A stretch of DNA of 64,000 bases from Patescibacteria group bacterium (GTDB lineage: Bacteria; Patescibacteriota; Minisyncoccia; Phycocordibacterales; Phycocordibacteraceae): positions 207,988 through 271,987 of the forward strand of contig JAHJYC010000004.1 in the NCBI GenBank assembly GCA_018826905.1, in the 5' to 3' direction. The position numbers and the translations under genes are program-made. How positions within the stretch are numbered: position 1 is the first letter of the stretch; every line of letters starts with the position of its first letter. This document shows, one piece after another, positions 55,979 through 64,000 of this stretch. Below the pieces are notes generated by a model. It saw nothing but the letters and a program-made list of their open reading frames with translations. It was not told the origin of the DNA and did no database searches.

Positions 55979-56833
55979 ATGTCTAAGCACTTTAAAATTG
56001 TCCTCTTTTCAGTACTCGCGCTCTTTGCTGCGATAGGACTCCTTTTCTCCGCAGTGTTTGTTGCCATGCAGTTTGGACTATTAAATGTGCGTGGATCAGC
56101 TCTTGAACGAAACTCATTCTTTACGGACGGCACTCCTGCAGAAACAAAGATTGCCTCAACTCCGTGTACCGTTGAGGAACGAAAAGTGTGTCCCTGGAAC
56201 GAGACCCCTGAATGGGAAGTGGTAGCAGGAGGACTTCAGAAGGATGCTGCAATAATCGCACGAGTAGAAAAAGAAACAGGGGTTTCAGGGAGACTTATCG
56301 CTGCTGTAGTTATTCCTGAGCAAATACGATTCTTTACCTCAGAACGTGAGGTTTTTAAAAGATACTTTGAGCCACTCAAAATACTTGGCTCTCTTTCGCA
56401 ATTCTCTCTTGGAGTGTCTGGGATAAAACAAGAAACCGCAAAGAAGGTAGAAGAGTATGCACAGGATCCTTCCTCTCCTTTTTATCCGGGACCTGAAGCA
56501 GCGGTGCTTCTTTCCTATCCAGAGGGCGTAGACAAAAATAGCGAACTCTTCCGTAGACTCACGGACGACAAAGATCATTATTACTCGTATCTATACACCG
56601 CTCTTTATCTAAAAGAGATTCAAGCACAGTGGCGAAACGCAGGATTCCCCATTAACGAAAACCCGGAAGCACTCGTAACACTATTTAATATTGGATTTAC
56701 TAATTCGCGTCCAAATCCCTCTCCACAGCCTGGAGGAGCTCCTATTACAGTTGGCGGAACGACGTACGCATTCGGAACACTCGGTGCAGAATTCTATCGC
56801 TCTTCTCTCCTTACAGAGTTCTTCCCTAGATAG
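55979..56833 (+). CDS. Hypothetical membrane-anchored extracytoplasmic protein
   Basis: N-terminal transmembrane segment; Cys pair (CTVEERKVCPW); no recognised domain. Confidence 0.4.
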   Translation: MSKHFKIVLFSVLALFAAIGLLFSAVFVAMQFGLLNVRGSALERNSFFTDGTPAETKIASTPCTVEERKVCPWNETPEWEVVAGGLQKDAAIIARVEKETGVSGRLIAAVVIPEQIRFFTSEREVFKRYFEPLKILGSLSQFSLGVSGIKQETAKKVEEYAQDPSSPFYPGPEAAVLLSYPEGVDKNSELFRRLTDDKDHYYSYLYTALYLKEIQAQWRNAGFPINENPEALVTLFNIGFTNSRPNPSPQPGGAPITVGGTTYAFGTLGAEFYRSSLLTEFFPR

Positions 56834-57074
56834 GTCCTTCACACACCTCTCATGCATAAGCGCGTACCATTCGCGCATATGGATATAAGCATAGAGGCAC
56901 TTCTCGCTCGTAAACCGAAGGAAACGAATCTTTTACCAAAGCAATTGTGGTTTCTTCGTGCTCCCTTACGCGTACATAGAGAGCCGCGCGAACAATGGGT
57001 ATCACTTCCTCCACTGGTCCTTAGATAAGTAGTACACTACTGGAAGCCTATGAGGCCTAACACTCACACTACCT

Positions 57075-57554
57075 ATGGATAAAAAAACTACCTGGATTGT
57101 TCTTGCTTTAATTCTTGTTGCTCTCGTTGGAGGCTACATGCTATTTGCTAAGCAAGCAGCAGCTCCAACCACTGGTACTCCAGTTTCTGAAGAACTTCCC
57201 CCAGCCGGAGTTGGTGTGCCAACGGAGTCTGAATCAGCAACCATTGTCACCTATACAGACGAAGGATTTTCACCGGAAACAGTCTCCATCTCTATTGGAG
57301 AGACCGTACGCTTTACGAATGCGAGCTCTGGCGGTATGTGGGTAGGGTCAGACGACCATCCAACACATACCAATTATGATGGTACTTCCACACGCGAGCA
57401 CTGCGCTGATGGAGAGACAACAGGAGGCACATTTGATGCGTGCCGCGCATACGCAAATGGCGAGAGTTATGACTTCACTTTCACCAAGGCAGGCACCTTT
57501 GAATACCACAACCATGTTGGTGCTTCAAAGGGAGGTACGGTGATTGTTCGCTAG
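57075..57554 (+). CDS. Membrane-anchored putative cupredoxin-like protein
   Basis: Transmembrane anchor, Thr/Pro linker, beta-rich domain with Cys/His candidates (EHCADG...DAC...FEYHNHVG...GTVIV). The assignment is tentative. Confidence 0.35.
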   Translation: MDKKTTWIVLALILVALVGGYMLFAKQAAAPTTGTPVSEELPPAGVGVPTESESATIVTYTDEGFSPETVSISIGETVRFTNASSGGMWVGSDDHPTHTNYDGTSTREHCADGETTGGTFDACRAYANGESYDFTFTKAGTFEYHNHVGASKGGTVIVR

Positions 57555-57555
57555 C

Positions 57556-57924
57556 ATGCTGAATCCTCTTTCTCTCTCGCCCAGCGAGCTTCTCCTTCGC
57601 CTTGCTGTTGTATTCTCTTTCCTCTATCCACCCTTCTCAGCCCTCTCTGACCCTTATTCATGGCTTGGGTACCTTCCCGTGTGGGCTGCAGCAGTCCTTG
57701 GGACGCATGCACTGCTTGCGCTCCATGTCTTTGGGATACTTGAGGTGCTGCTTGCGCTCTGGATACTCTTTGCAAAAGACATCCGTATTCCTGCGTATGG
57801 ATCAGCCATCATGCTTCTTCTCATTGTCTTCCTCAACATGCCTCAGTTCCCTATTCTCTTTAGAGATGTCTCTATAGCGCTCGCAGCGCTCGCGCTTGCT
57901 CATCTTCCCCATGCAAGAAGTTAA
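57556..57924 (+). CDS. Small multi-pass membrane protein (hypothetical)
   Basis: Four hydrophobic helices; the ATG at 57556 is chosen over the track's TTG. Confidence 0.35.
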   Translation: MLNPLSLSPSELLLRLAVVFSFLYPPFSALSDPYSWLGYLPVWAAAVLGTHALLALHVFGILEVLLALWILFAKDIRIPAYGSAIMLLLIVFLNMPQFPILFRDVSIALAALALAHLPHARS

Positions 57925-58348
57925 AGCACGATGCGCTGGAGGTATTGTCCTTGGAGATGGCGGAACTATCGCACTCGTGCGAAACAGGAAGGAAACATTA
58001 TGGTTTTTCCCTAAGGGCCATGTTGACCTGGGAGAATCAGACGAAGAAGCCGCACGCAGAGAAATAGCAGAGGAAACTGGCCTTACCGACTTGGAATATA
58101 TAGACGACCTCGGCTCATATGAACGCCCACGAATACAAAAAGATGGTTCAGACCATCACGAGATTAAAAGCATTCATATGTATCTATTTGCAGCTCCTCC
58201 ACACTCAGAAGTACGAGGAGGTATGGAGATTGCAGAGGCGCAATTTGTCTCTTTTAAGCACGTACTAGAATCCCTAGAACACGCAAAAGACAGAGCGTGG
58301 TTTATAACAGTCTTTGAACGAGTTCGTCAGGCTATACAGCGAGACTAG
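57911..58348 (+). CDS. NUDIX hydrolase
   Basis: Nudix box GHVDLGESDEEAARREIAEETGL. Confidence 0.8.
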   Translation: MQEVKARCAGGIVLGDGGTIALVRNRKETLWFFPKGHVDLGESDEEAARREIAEETGLTDLEYIDDLGSYERPRIQKDGSDHHEIKSIHMYLFAAPPHSEVRGGMEIAEAQFVSFKHVLESLEHAKDRAWFITVFERVRQAIQRD

Positions 58349-59487
58349 CGAATTGCCTTTGCAATTGTTGGCACTACTCGCTTATCAAACATATCGGGCA
58401 CGATCTTTGTTGCTGTTGGCTTCTCAACAAGTACTGCGAGCGCGCGGGCAGCCTTTAGCTTCATAGGCTCCGTTATCCGACGCACTCCACGATCCAAGGC
58501 TCCACGGAATACTCCCGGGAACACAAGTGCGTTATTAATCTGATTAGGGAAATCAGATCGTCCCGTTGCAATAACAAAGGCACCTGCTTCTTTCGCCTCG
58601 TCCGGCATAATCTCAGGAACAGGGTTTGCCATAGCAAAGACAATTGAACGAGGAGCCATGCTCCTTACATGATCTTTATGCAACAGCCCTTTCCCTGAAA
58701 GACCTATAAATACATCGGCATCCTGCATTACGTCCTCAAGGTCCCCTTCTCGTTTATGTGTATTTATAAGAGCGAGTTCTTTTTTGTGTGGAGGGAGGTC
58801 CGTACGCCCCAAATGAATGGCGCCCTTACGATCTAGCGCAACAATGTCTACAATGCCGGCAGCAGCAAGCAACATCGCTACTCCGTGTCCTGCCGCACCA
58901 GCTCCTGAGACTACTATTCGCAAAGATTTGAGCGGCTTTTTAACAACCTTCGCTGCATTAATGAGCCCGGCAAGCACAACAATAGCGGTGCCGTGCTGGT
59001 CGTCATGCATAACAGGAATAGGGAGCGCATCATTAATCCTGCGTTCAATTTCAAAACACTGTGGAGACGCAATATCTTCCAAGTTAATACCTCCCCACCC
59101 TGGAGCTATGGCGAGTACGGTACGCACAATCTCATCTGGGTCTTGGGTATTTAAAACAATTGGCCATGCATCAATACCTGCGAACTCTTTAAAGATGAGT
59201 GCCTTGCCTTCCATAACAGGAAGTGCGCCATAGGGACCAATATTGCCGAGCCCTAAGACAGCTGATCCGTCTGAAATAACTGCGACGCTGTTTTTCTTCA
59301 CTGAGTAGCTTGAAGTCTCTTCAGGGTGTGCAGCAAGATGTTCTGAAGCAACACCAACACCCGGTGTGTAATACAGGGAAAGATCTTCAAGCTTCTTCAG
59401 CTTTACGCGAGATTTCGTCTCAATACGCGCACCAGTCTCTTTAAAGGCAGCGAGTATCTGCTTTGGTGTTCTCTTCCCCTTCTTCAT
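58345..59487 (-). CDS. NAD(P)-dependent malic enzyme (short form)
   Basis: Malic-enzyme N-terminal domain and a Rossmann motif (VVSGAGAAGHGVAMLL). Confidence 0.85.
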   Translation of the reverse strand: MKKGKRTPKQILAAFKETGARIETKSRVKLKKLEDLSLYYTPGVGVASEHLAAHPEETSSYSVKKNSVAVISDGSAVLGLGNIGPYGALPVMEGKALIFKEFAGIDAWPIVLNTQDPDEIVRTVLAIAPGWGGINLEDIASPQCFEIERRINDALPIPVMHDDQHGTAIVVLAGLINAAKVVKKPLKSLRIVVSGAGAAGHGVAMLLAAAGIVDIVALDRKGAIHLGRTDLPPHKKELALINTHKREGDLEDVMQDADVFIGLSGKGLLHKDHVRSMAPRSIVFAMANPVPEIMPDEAKEAGAFVIATGRSDFPNQINNALVFPGVFRGALDRGVRRITEPMKLKAARALAVLVEKPTATKIVPDMFDKRVVPTIAKAIR

Positions 59488-59489
59488 AC

Positions 59490-59867
59490 CTACTTTTTCT
59501 TAGGGTGCACAAATACCTTTACTGGACACGTCGCAACTCCCCCGTCTTTTGTTATGAAGGTAAGAGGAAAGATGTGCTTTCCTACAACTCCAATAGCAAC
59601 GCGTTGTTTTCCACGAGTTGGCCACTCAGCTGTTGCCGTTGAAAGACCCTTCATGGTCTCAGCTCCCTTACTTTTCCAGGTGATGATCACTGCATCTCCT
59701 GAAGTGATGACGCGCTTTGAGGCACGTGCATAACAAGTCGGAGGCTTTGGAACAATAGTAATATTGGTAACTTCAAATGAAAGTGTTTCAGCAGCCTGTA
59801 CTGGGGCAGCAGAGAACACACCTGAAGCAAGAACGGCAATGGCAAGAAGAAATGGAAGCTTTTTCAT
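59490..59867 (-). CDS. Small secreted protein (hypothetical)
   Basis: Signal peptide MKKLPFLLAIAVLASGVFSAAPVQA. The internal ATG is chosen so that the gene does not overlap recG. Confidence 0.4.
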   Translation of the reverse strand: MKKLPFLLAIAVLASGVFSAAPVQAAETLSFEVTNITIVPKPPTCYARASKRVITSGDAVIITWKSKGAETMKGLSTATAEWPTRGKQRVAIGVVGKHIFPLTFITKDGGVATCPVKVFVHPKKK

Positions 59868-59921
59868 ACCTCTATAAGACCATGGTGCTCCTAAAAATGC
59901 TACCGGGTATACTTGTAAGAC

Positions 59922-62090
59922 ATGAAGCCAGACGCTCCTCTTACTGAACTGTTCCCTCGCTTGAAGCCCGAACAGAAGAAGGCACTTCAAAAACTCGGTA
60001 TTACTACTATCCGGGACCTCCTCTTTCATTTCCCAGCTCGCTACGAAAACGTGGGACCAACTGGCACCATAGCTGGTGCCAATACCGGCTCAGAGGTAAC
60101 GCTGTACGGAACTATACGAAAACCAGAGGCGAAGAAAGCATGGAAGACAAGGCGCCCAATGGGTGAAGCGTGGCTTGAGGACGCGTCCGGACGAATCAAA
60201 TTACGTTGGTTCTCACAACCCTATATTGCGAAGTCTCTTACAGACGGCATGCATGTAAAAGCAAGCGGAAAGATAACGGGAATAGGAGACAAGCTGTATC
60301 TAGCAAACCCTGAGATTGATCGCTCACCAGTAAATCCTGAAGACGTACACGAAACACTCTTTCAGCACGCGAATCAACCGGAACAAGAATCCCTTCATGG
60401 CATTTATCCAGAATCTAAGGGAGTGTCGTCTTTATGGTTCTTACATGCCGTAAAGCGCGCCTTTGAGGCAGGAATCCATGAACAGATTCCTGACCCAATT
60501 CCGCAAGAACTTCTTGAGCGATACAACCTTCCCACCCTCAGTACTGCATTCATCTGGATACATGCTCCGCGCAAACTGCCAGACGCGCAGGCGGCAAGAA
60601 AACGCTTTGCGTTTGAAGAGGTGCTTGCGATTCAACTCACCACACAAAAAAGGAAGCTGGACGCCACAAAGGAAGAGGCACTTCCAGTTACAGTAGACCG
60701 GTCTTCACTCAAAGGGTTCATGGACTCGTTCCCCTTTCCTCCAACAAAGGCACAAGAAACTTCTATTGAGAGCATTGTGTCAGATTTTGAGCGCGCACAC
60801 CCTATGCGTCGCCTGCTTGAAGGAGACGTGGGAAGCGGAAAGACCGCAGTGGCTGCAGCCACTGCATATATGGTTGCAACAAGCAGGCCTCCGGGACGGG
60901 TAGCAGGAGCACTCCAAGTCGCCTACATGTGCCCTACAGAGATCCTTGCTAAACAGCACTTCTCTACCTTTGTTTCCTATTTCAAAGACCATCCAATTCC
61001 CATTGGACTCATAACTGGAAGCGAGTGCAGGAAGTTTCCCTCTAAAGTGAGGTACGAAGAGTCTGCAAAAGTGTCCCGAGCACAGTTTTCAAAATGGGTA
61101 GCAAACGGCGAGATTCCTATTGTTATAGGAACGCATGCACTCGTATATAAATCTCTCGCTTTTCAGAATCTGGCATACGCCATCATTGATGAACAGCATC
61201 GCTTTGGAAAAGCACATCGCCAGAAACTTACAAAGAAAGACGGGCAACTCTCCCCACATCTTTTGTCCATGACTGCCACTCCTATTCCCCGCACCCTCGC
61301 CCTCTCTATTTATGGGGATCTTGATCTTTCTCTCCTAGACCAAATGCCTCTTGGCAGGAAGCCAGTTATTACGGAAATTGTGGGACCAGAGAAAAGAGAA
61401 GAAGCATATGCACGAGTTCGTTCCGAACTTGCCCTTGGGCATCAAGCGTATGTTATCTGCCCTCGCATTAATGAACCTGACCCCAATAAGGAAATGGCTG
61501 TCCAGGCAAAATCTGTGAAAGCAGAAGCGGCACGTCTGCAAGACACGGTTTTCCCAGAGACCTCTATAGATATCTTGCACAGCAAGATGACACCGAAAGA
61601 AAAAGAAGATGTTATGAAGCGGTTTGAGGACAGGAAGATAGATATTCTCGTTGCAACTTCAGTTGTTGAAGTAGGAGTGAACGTACCGAATGCCACCGTT
61701 ATTCTCATTGAGGGAGCAGAGCGCTTTGGGCTCGCGCAGCTTCATCAGCTCCGTGGACGCGTTATTCGCTCAAGCAACCAAGCGTACTGCTTCGTCCTTC
61801 CTGAGTCCTACGGACCAACAACAAAAGAACGCCTGAAGGCACTCACCACGGCAAAGAATGGTTTTGAACTTGCTGAGTATGATCTCGCACTCAGAGGAGC
61901 TGGAGAGCTGTATGGTGCGCGCCAGTGGGGAGTCTCAGATATTGCTATGGAGGCACTGAAGAACATAAAGATGGTTGAGGCTGCAAGAACAGAAGCTGCA
62001 GCACTCATTGGCAAGGATCCAGAGTTAAAGAAATATCCTCTCCTAAAAGCCATTGCTAAGGAAGTTGATGAGGAGGTGCATCCTGAGTAG
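59922..62090 (+). CDS. recG: ATP-dependent DNA helicase RecG
   Basis: Wedge domain followed by a superfamily-2 helicase core (GDVGSGKT, DEQHRFG) and the TRG motif region. Confidence 0.9.
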   Translation: MKPDAPLTELFPRLKPEQKKALQKLGITTIRDLLFHFPARYENVGPTGTIAGANTGSEVTLYGTIRKPEAKKAWKTRRPMGEAWLEDASGRIKLRWFSQPYIAKSLTDGMHVKASGKITGIGDKLYLANPEIDRSPVNPEDVHETLFQHANQPEQESLHGIYPESKGVSSLWFLHAVKRAFEAGIHEQIPDPIPQELLERYNLPTLSTAFIWIHAPRKLPDAQAARKRFAFEEVLAIQLTTQKRKLDATKEEALPVTVDRSSLKGFMDSFPFPPTKAQETSIESIVSDFERAHPMRRLLEGDVGSGKTAVAAATAYMVATSRPPGRVAGALQVAYMCPTEILAKQHFSTFVSYFKDHPIPIGLITGSECRKFPSKVRYEESAKVSRAQFSKWVANGEIPIVIGTHALVYKSLAFQNLAYAIIDEQHRFGKAHRQKLTKKDGQLSPHLLSMTATPIPRTLALSIYGDLDLSLLDQMPLGRKPVITEIVGPEKREEAYARVRSELALGHQAYVICPRINEPDPNKEMAVQAKSVKAEAARLQDTVFPETSIDILHSKMTPKEKEDVMKRFEDRKIDILVATSVVEVGVNVPNATVILIEGAERFGLAQLHQLRGRVIRSSNQAYCFVLPESYGPTTKERLKALTTAKNGFELAEYDLALRGAGELYGARQWGVSDIAMEALKNIKMVEAARTEAAALIGKDPELKKYPLLKAIAKEVDEEVHPE

Positions 62091-62114
62091 GTCTGCGCTA
62101 CAGTATTCCAGTAG

Positions 62115-62188
62115 CCACCCTTAGCTCAGTTGGTTAGAGCACGGAGCTTATACCTCCGCGGTCCTTGGTTCGAGTCCAAGAGGGTGGA
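62115..62188 (+). tRNA. tRNA-Ile (anticodon UAU)
   Basis: Acceptor CCACCCT/AGGGTGG (perfect), D-arm GCTC-AGTTGGTTA-GAGC, anticodon stem CGGAG/CTCCG with loop CTTATAC, T-arm CTTGG-TTCGAGT-CCAAG, discriminator A. Confidence 0.75.
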
Positions 62189-62238
62189 CAAATAACAAAC
62201 TATCTATAGAGTGCGAGAGGACAAACACGGAGGAAATC

Positions 62239-62553
62239 ATGTCCGAAACAACCCACCTCAGCAGGTTTTGGGGGGCGATCTGGAAATCCTTTCTGTTCCC
62301 CTATCGGATGTTGCGGTATCTGAAGAAGGAACAGGAGAATTTCAGCACCTGGTATTTCTGGGAATGGATCTGCGCCAGCATTCTCTTTCTGTTCGGCAGC
62401 AGTACGCTGCTCGGCCTGGTGCAGTGGCAGCGACACGACGAGCTCAGTGTCCTCTTCGGGACCCTGATCGCCTATCTCATCTTCGTCGCCCTGAACCTGA
62501 TCGGCTACGGCCTGAAGACTGTCGCTGAGATGGGCCCAGGCACGTACGACTAA
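62239..62553 (+). CDS. Small membrane protein encoded in a GC-elevated segment next to tRNA-Ile (hypothetical)
   Basis: 104 aa with two or three hydrophobic helices; GC of about 60% in its 3' half; followed by its own terminator. Confidence 0.35.
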   Translation: MSETTHLSRFWGAIWKSFLFPYRMLRYLKKEQENFSTWYFWEWICASILFLFGSSTLLGLVQWQRHDELSVLFGTLIAYLIFVALNLIGYGLKTVAEMGPGTYD

Positions 62554-62580
62554 ACGACCCTTTCAGGTCGTTTTTCTTTT
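62554..62580 (+). terminator. Intrinsic terminator
   Basis: ACGACC-ctttca-GGTCGT followed by TTTTTCTTTT. Confidence 0.5.
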
Positions 62581-64000
62581 ATATGCTTTCCTCTTCTTCC
62601 TCTTTTGATTTTGGTGTTATGCCATTCGCGATAAGAATCTTTTCAAACTCCTCTCGCTCCAGTGTCTCAACTTCAACTAGGCGAAGAGCGATAGCGTCTA
62701 ACGCCTTGCGGTGCTCCGTGAGAACTGCGCGTGCGCGCTCCTTCGCTTCGTCAATAATACGCGCTACTTCTGCGTCAATCTTTGCGGCAATATCTTGAGA
62801 GTATCCACCCTCTCCGTTTGCGCGATCTGCATCATACGCAACGGGGCCAAGCACATCAGACATGCCATACCGCGAAACCATGTTACGTGCGAGGTTTGCA
62901 ATAACAGAGAGATCGTTAGAAGGGCCAGTAGTGATGTCTCCGTACACCATCTCTTCAGCCACATACCCTCCAAGGGTGCCTGCTATATCGTCTAGGAAAC
63001 TCTTTCGTGAGTGCATCTTCTTGTCATCAAACGGAAGCTTCAGGGTGTATCCGGCAGCGCGCCCGCGACTAATGATAGAAATCTTGTGAATTGGGTCTGC
63101 ATGCTCAAGCACTGAACCAACAAGCGCATGCCCTGCCTCGTGATATGCCGTAAGCTTCTTCTCTTTCTTTCCGAGCAAATGTGACTTTCGTTCTGGACCA
63201 AGCATTACCTTCTCAATAGAACGAATAAGGTCGTACTGTGTAATCTCTTTACGATCTTCCCGGGCAGCAAGAATCGCTCCTTCGTTCATAAGTGAGTACA
63301 ACTCTGCTCCTGAGAATCCTGGGGTGCGCTCTGCGATAACTTCAAAATCAACGTCAGGACCAAATGGCTTCTTGCGCGCGTGCACGGCAAGAATTTCCAA
63401 ACGGTCTTTCCTATCAGGAAGATCAATAATTACACGTCGGTCAAAACGTCCCGGACGTAGAAGTGCGGGGTCAAGTACATCAGGACGGTTCGTTGCGGCC
63501 ATAATGATTACCTTCTCAGTTGGGTCAAACCCATCCATCTCAACAAGAATCTGGTTGAGTGTTTGTTCGCGCTCATCATTTCCTCCTCCAACACCAGATC
63601 CACGCACGCGTCCCACTGCGTCAATCTCGTCCACGAAGATTATGGAAGGCGCGGTGCGCTTAGCCATCTGGAAGAGATCGCGGACACGAGATGCACCAAC
63701 TCCAACAAACATCTCCACGAACTCAGATCCTGAGATAGAGAAGAATGGCACTCCTGCTTCTCCCGCAACAGCCCTTGCAAGGAGTGTCTTTCCTGTACCC
63801 GGCGCTCCCATAAGAAGGATTCCCTTTGGAATACGAGCTCCGATGTCTAGGAACTTCTTCGGATTCTTTAGGAAGTCTACGATTTCAAGCAGTTCTTCCT
63901 TTGCCTCTTTAGCTCCTGCAACGTCAGCAAAAGTAACACGCTGATTTGTATCTGCTGGATCAATCATTCGTGCCTTTGATTGGCCGAATGAAAACGCCTG
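62579..64000 (-). CDS. ftsH: ATP-dependent zinc metalloprotease FtsH (N-terminal part beyond the window end)
   Basis: AAA+ module ([23 protein letters not shown], Walker B DEID, SRH) and the HEAGH zinc site. The reading frame continues upstream of the listed Met (..[27 protein letters not shown]). Confidence 0.9.
   Translation of the reverse strand, partial: QAFSFGQSKARMIDPADTNQRVTFADVAGAKEAKEELLEIVDFLKNPKKFLDIGARIPKGILLMGAPGTGKTLLARAVAGEAGVPFFSISGSEFVEMFVGVGASRVRDLFQMAKRTAPSIIFVDEIDAVGRVRGSGVGGGNDEREQTLNQILVEMDGFDPTEKVIIMAATNRPDVLDPALLRPGRFDRRVIIDLPDRKDRLEILAVHARKKPFGPDVDFEVIAERTPGFSGAELYSLMNEGAILAAREDRKEITQYDLIRSIEKVMLGPERKSHLLGKKEKKLTAYHEAGHALVGSVLEHADPIHKISIISRGRAAGYTLKLPFDDKKMHSRKSFLDDIAGTLGGYVAEEMVYGDITTGPSNDLSVIANLARNMVSRYGMSDVLGPVAYDADRANGEGGYSQDIAAKIDAEVARIIDEAKERARAVLTEHRKALDAIALRLVEVETLEREEFEKILIANGITPKSKEEEEESI

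Noticed and set aside
56833-57075. Structured 242-bp intergenic region with a CCGAAGGAAACG string reminiscent of the SRP RNA domain IV apex and long-range complementarity (TTCGCGC...GCGCGAA)
   Set aside because: The match to the SRP RNA consensus (GGAAGGAAGCAGC) is too weak, and no GNRA tetraloop context is present. I could not fold a convincing known ncRNA, so this is most likely promoter or leader sequence.
1-64000. CRISPR arrays, integrases, transposases and prophage genes
   Set aside because: No short regularly spaced direct repeats and no recombinase-like ORFs were seen. The only notable repeats are the 111-bp pilin duplication and the (CCN)n tract.
1-64000. Alternative genetic code (UGA recoding, as in some CPR lineages)
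   Set aside because: RF2 is present, and TGA terminates several well-supported genes, for example the ATGA junctions at 5665, 6588, 19321 and 45916.

Overview
This 64 kb window of about 47% GC is compact (genes often overlap by 4 nt as ATGA), uses the standard genetic code (an RF2 gene is present and TGA is used as a stop), and resembles a small-genome, CPR/Patescibacteria-like bacterium; that taxonomic placement is an inference from gene content only.

Gene content, in order:
- ftsE (partial) and prfB, with two tRNA-Thr genes.
- glmS.
- A translationally coupled sugar operon on the minus strand: an (alpha/alpha)6 glycoside hydrolase, an archaeal-type bifunctional PGI/PMI, and a ROK kinase.
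- A cell-envelope cluster: ECF sigma factor with a DUF5667-like anti-sigma, PG-binding, CAP and LamG secreted proteins.
- tRNA-Asp and an elongator tRNA with a CAU anticodon.
- A copper and nitrogen island: an ArsR-family regulator next to the copper nitrite reductase NirK, and a csoR-copA-HMA/TM-cupredoxin-like operon with a perfect CsoR-type operator palindrome.
- A four-gene plus-strand operon that couples an adenosylcobalamin-dependent class II ribonucleotide reductase to a small multi-pass membrane protein, a DUF4430-like (transcobalamin beta-domain-like) protein, and a large surface protein with prenyltransferase-type alpha/alpha-toroid repeats. I read this as a candidate, undescribed B12-capture system.
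- Initiator tRNA-fMet, then gatCA and ligA.
- A long minus-strand type IV pilus and competence supercluster: four pseudopilins, pilD, two tandem pilins sharing a perfect 111-bp repeat, pilC, pilT, a CheY-like regulator, pilB, pilMNO, and comFC on the plus strand.
- tRNA-Ser, a large paralogous surface protein, and two GC-rich (about 60-65%) mini-islands that each carry a small ORF with its own terminator; one encodes a polyproline-tailed protein and the other abuts a tRNA-Ile with the UAU anticodon.
- Housekeeping genes: malic enzyme, NUDIX hydrolase, recG, ftsH (partial).

No CRISPR arrays, integrases or transposases were seen.
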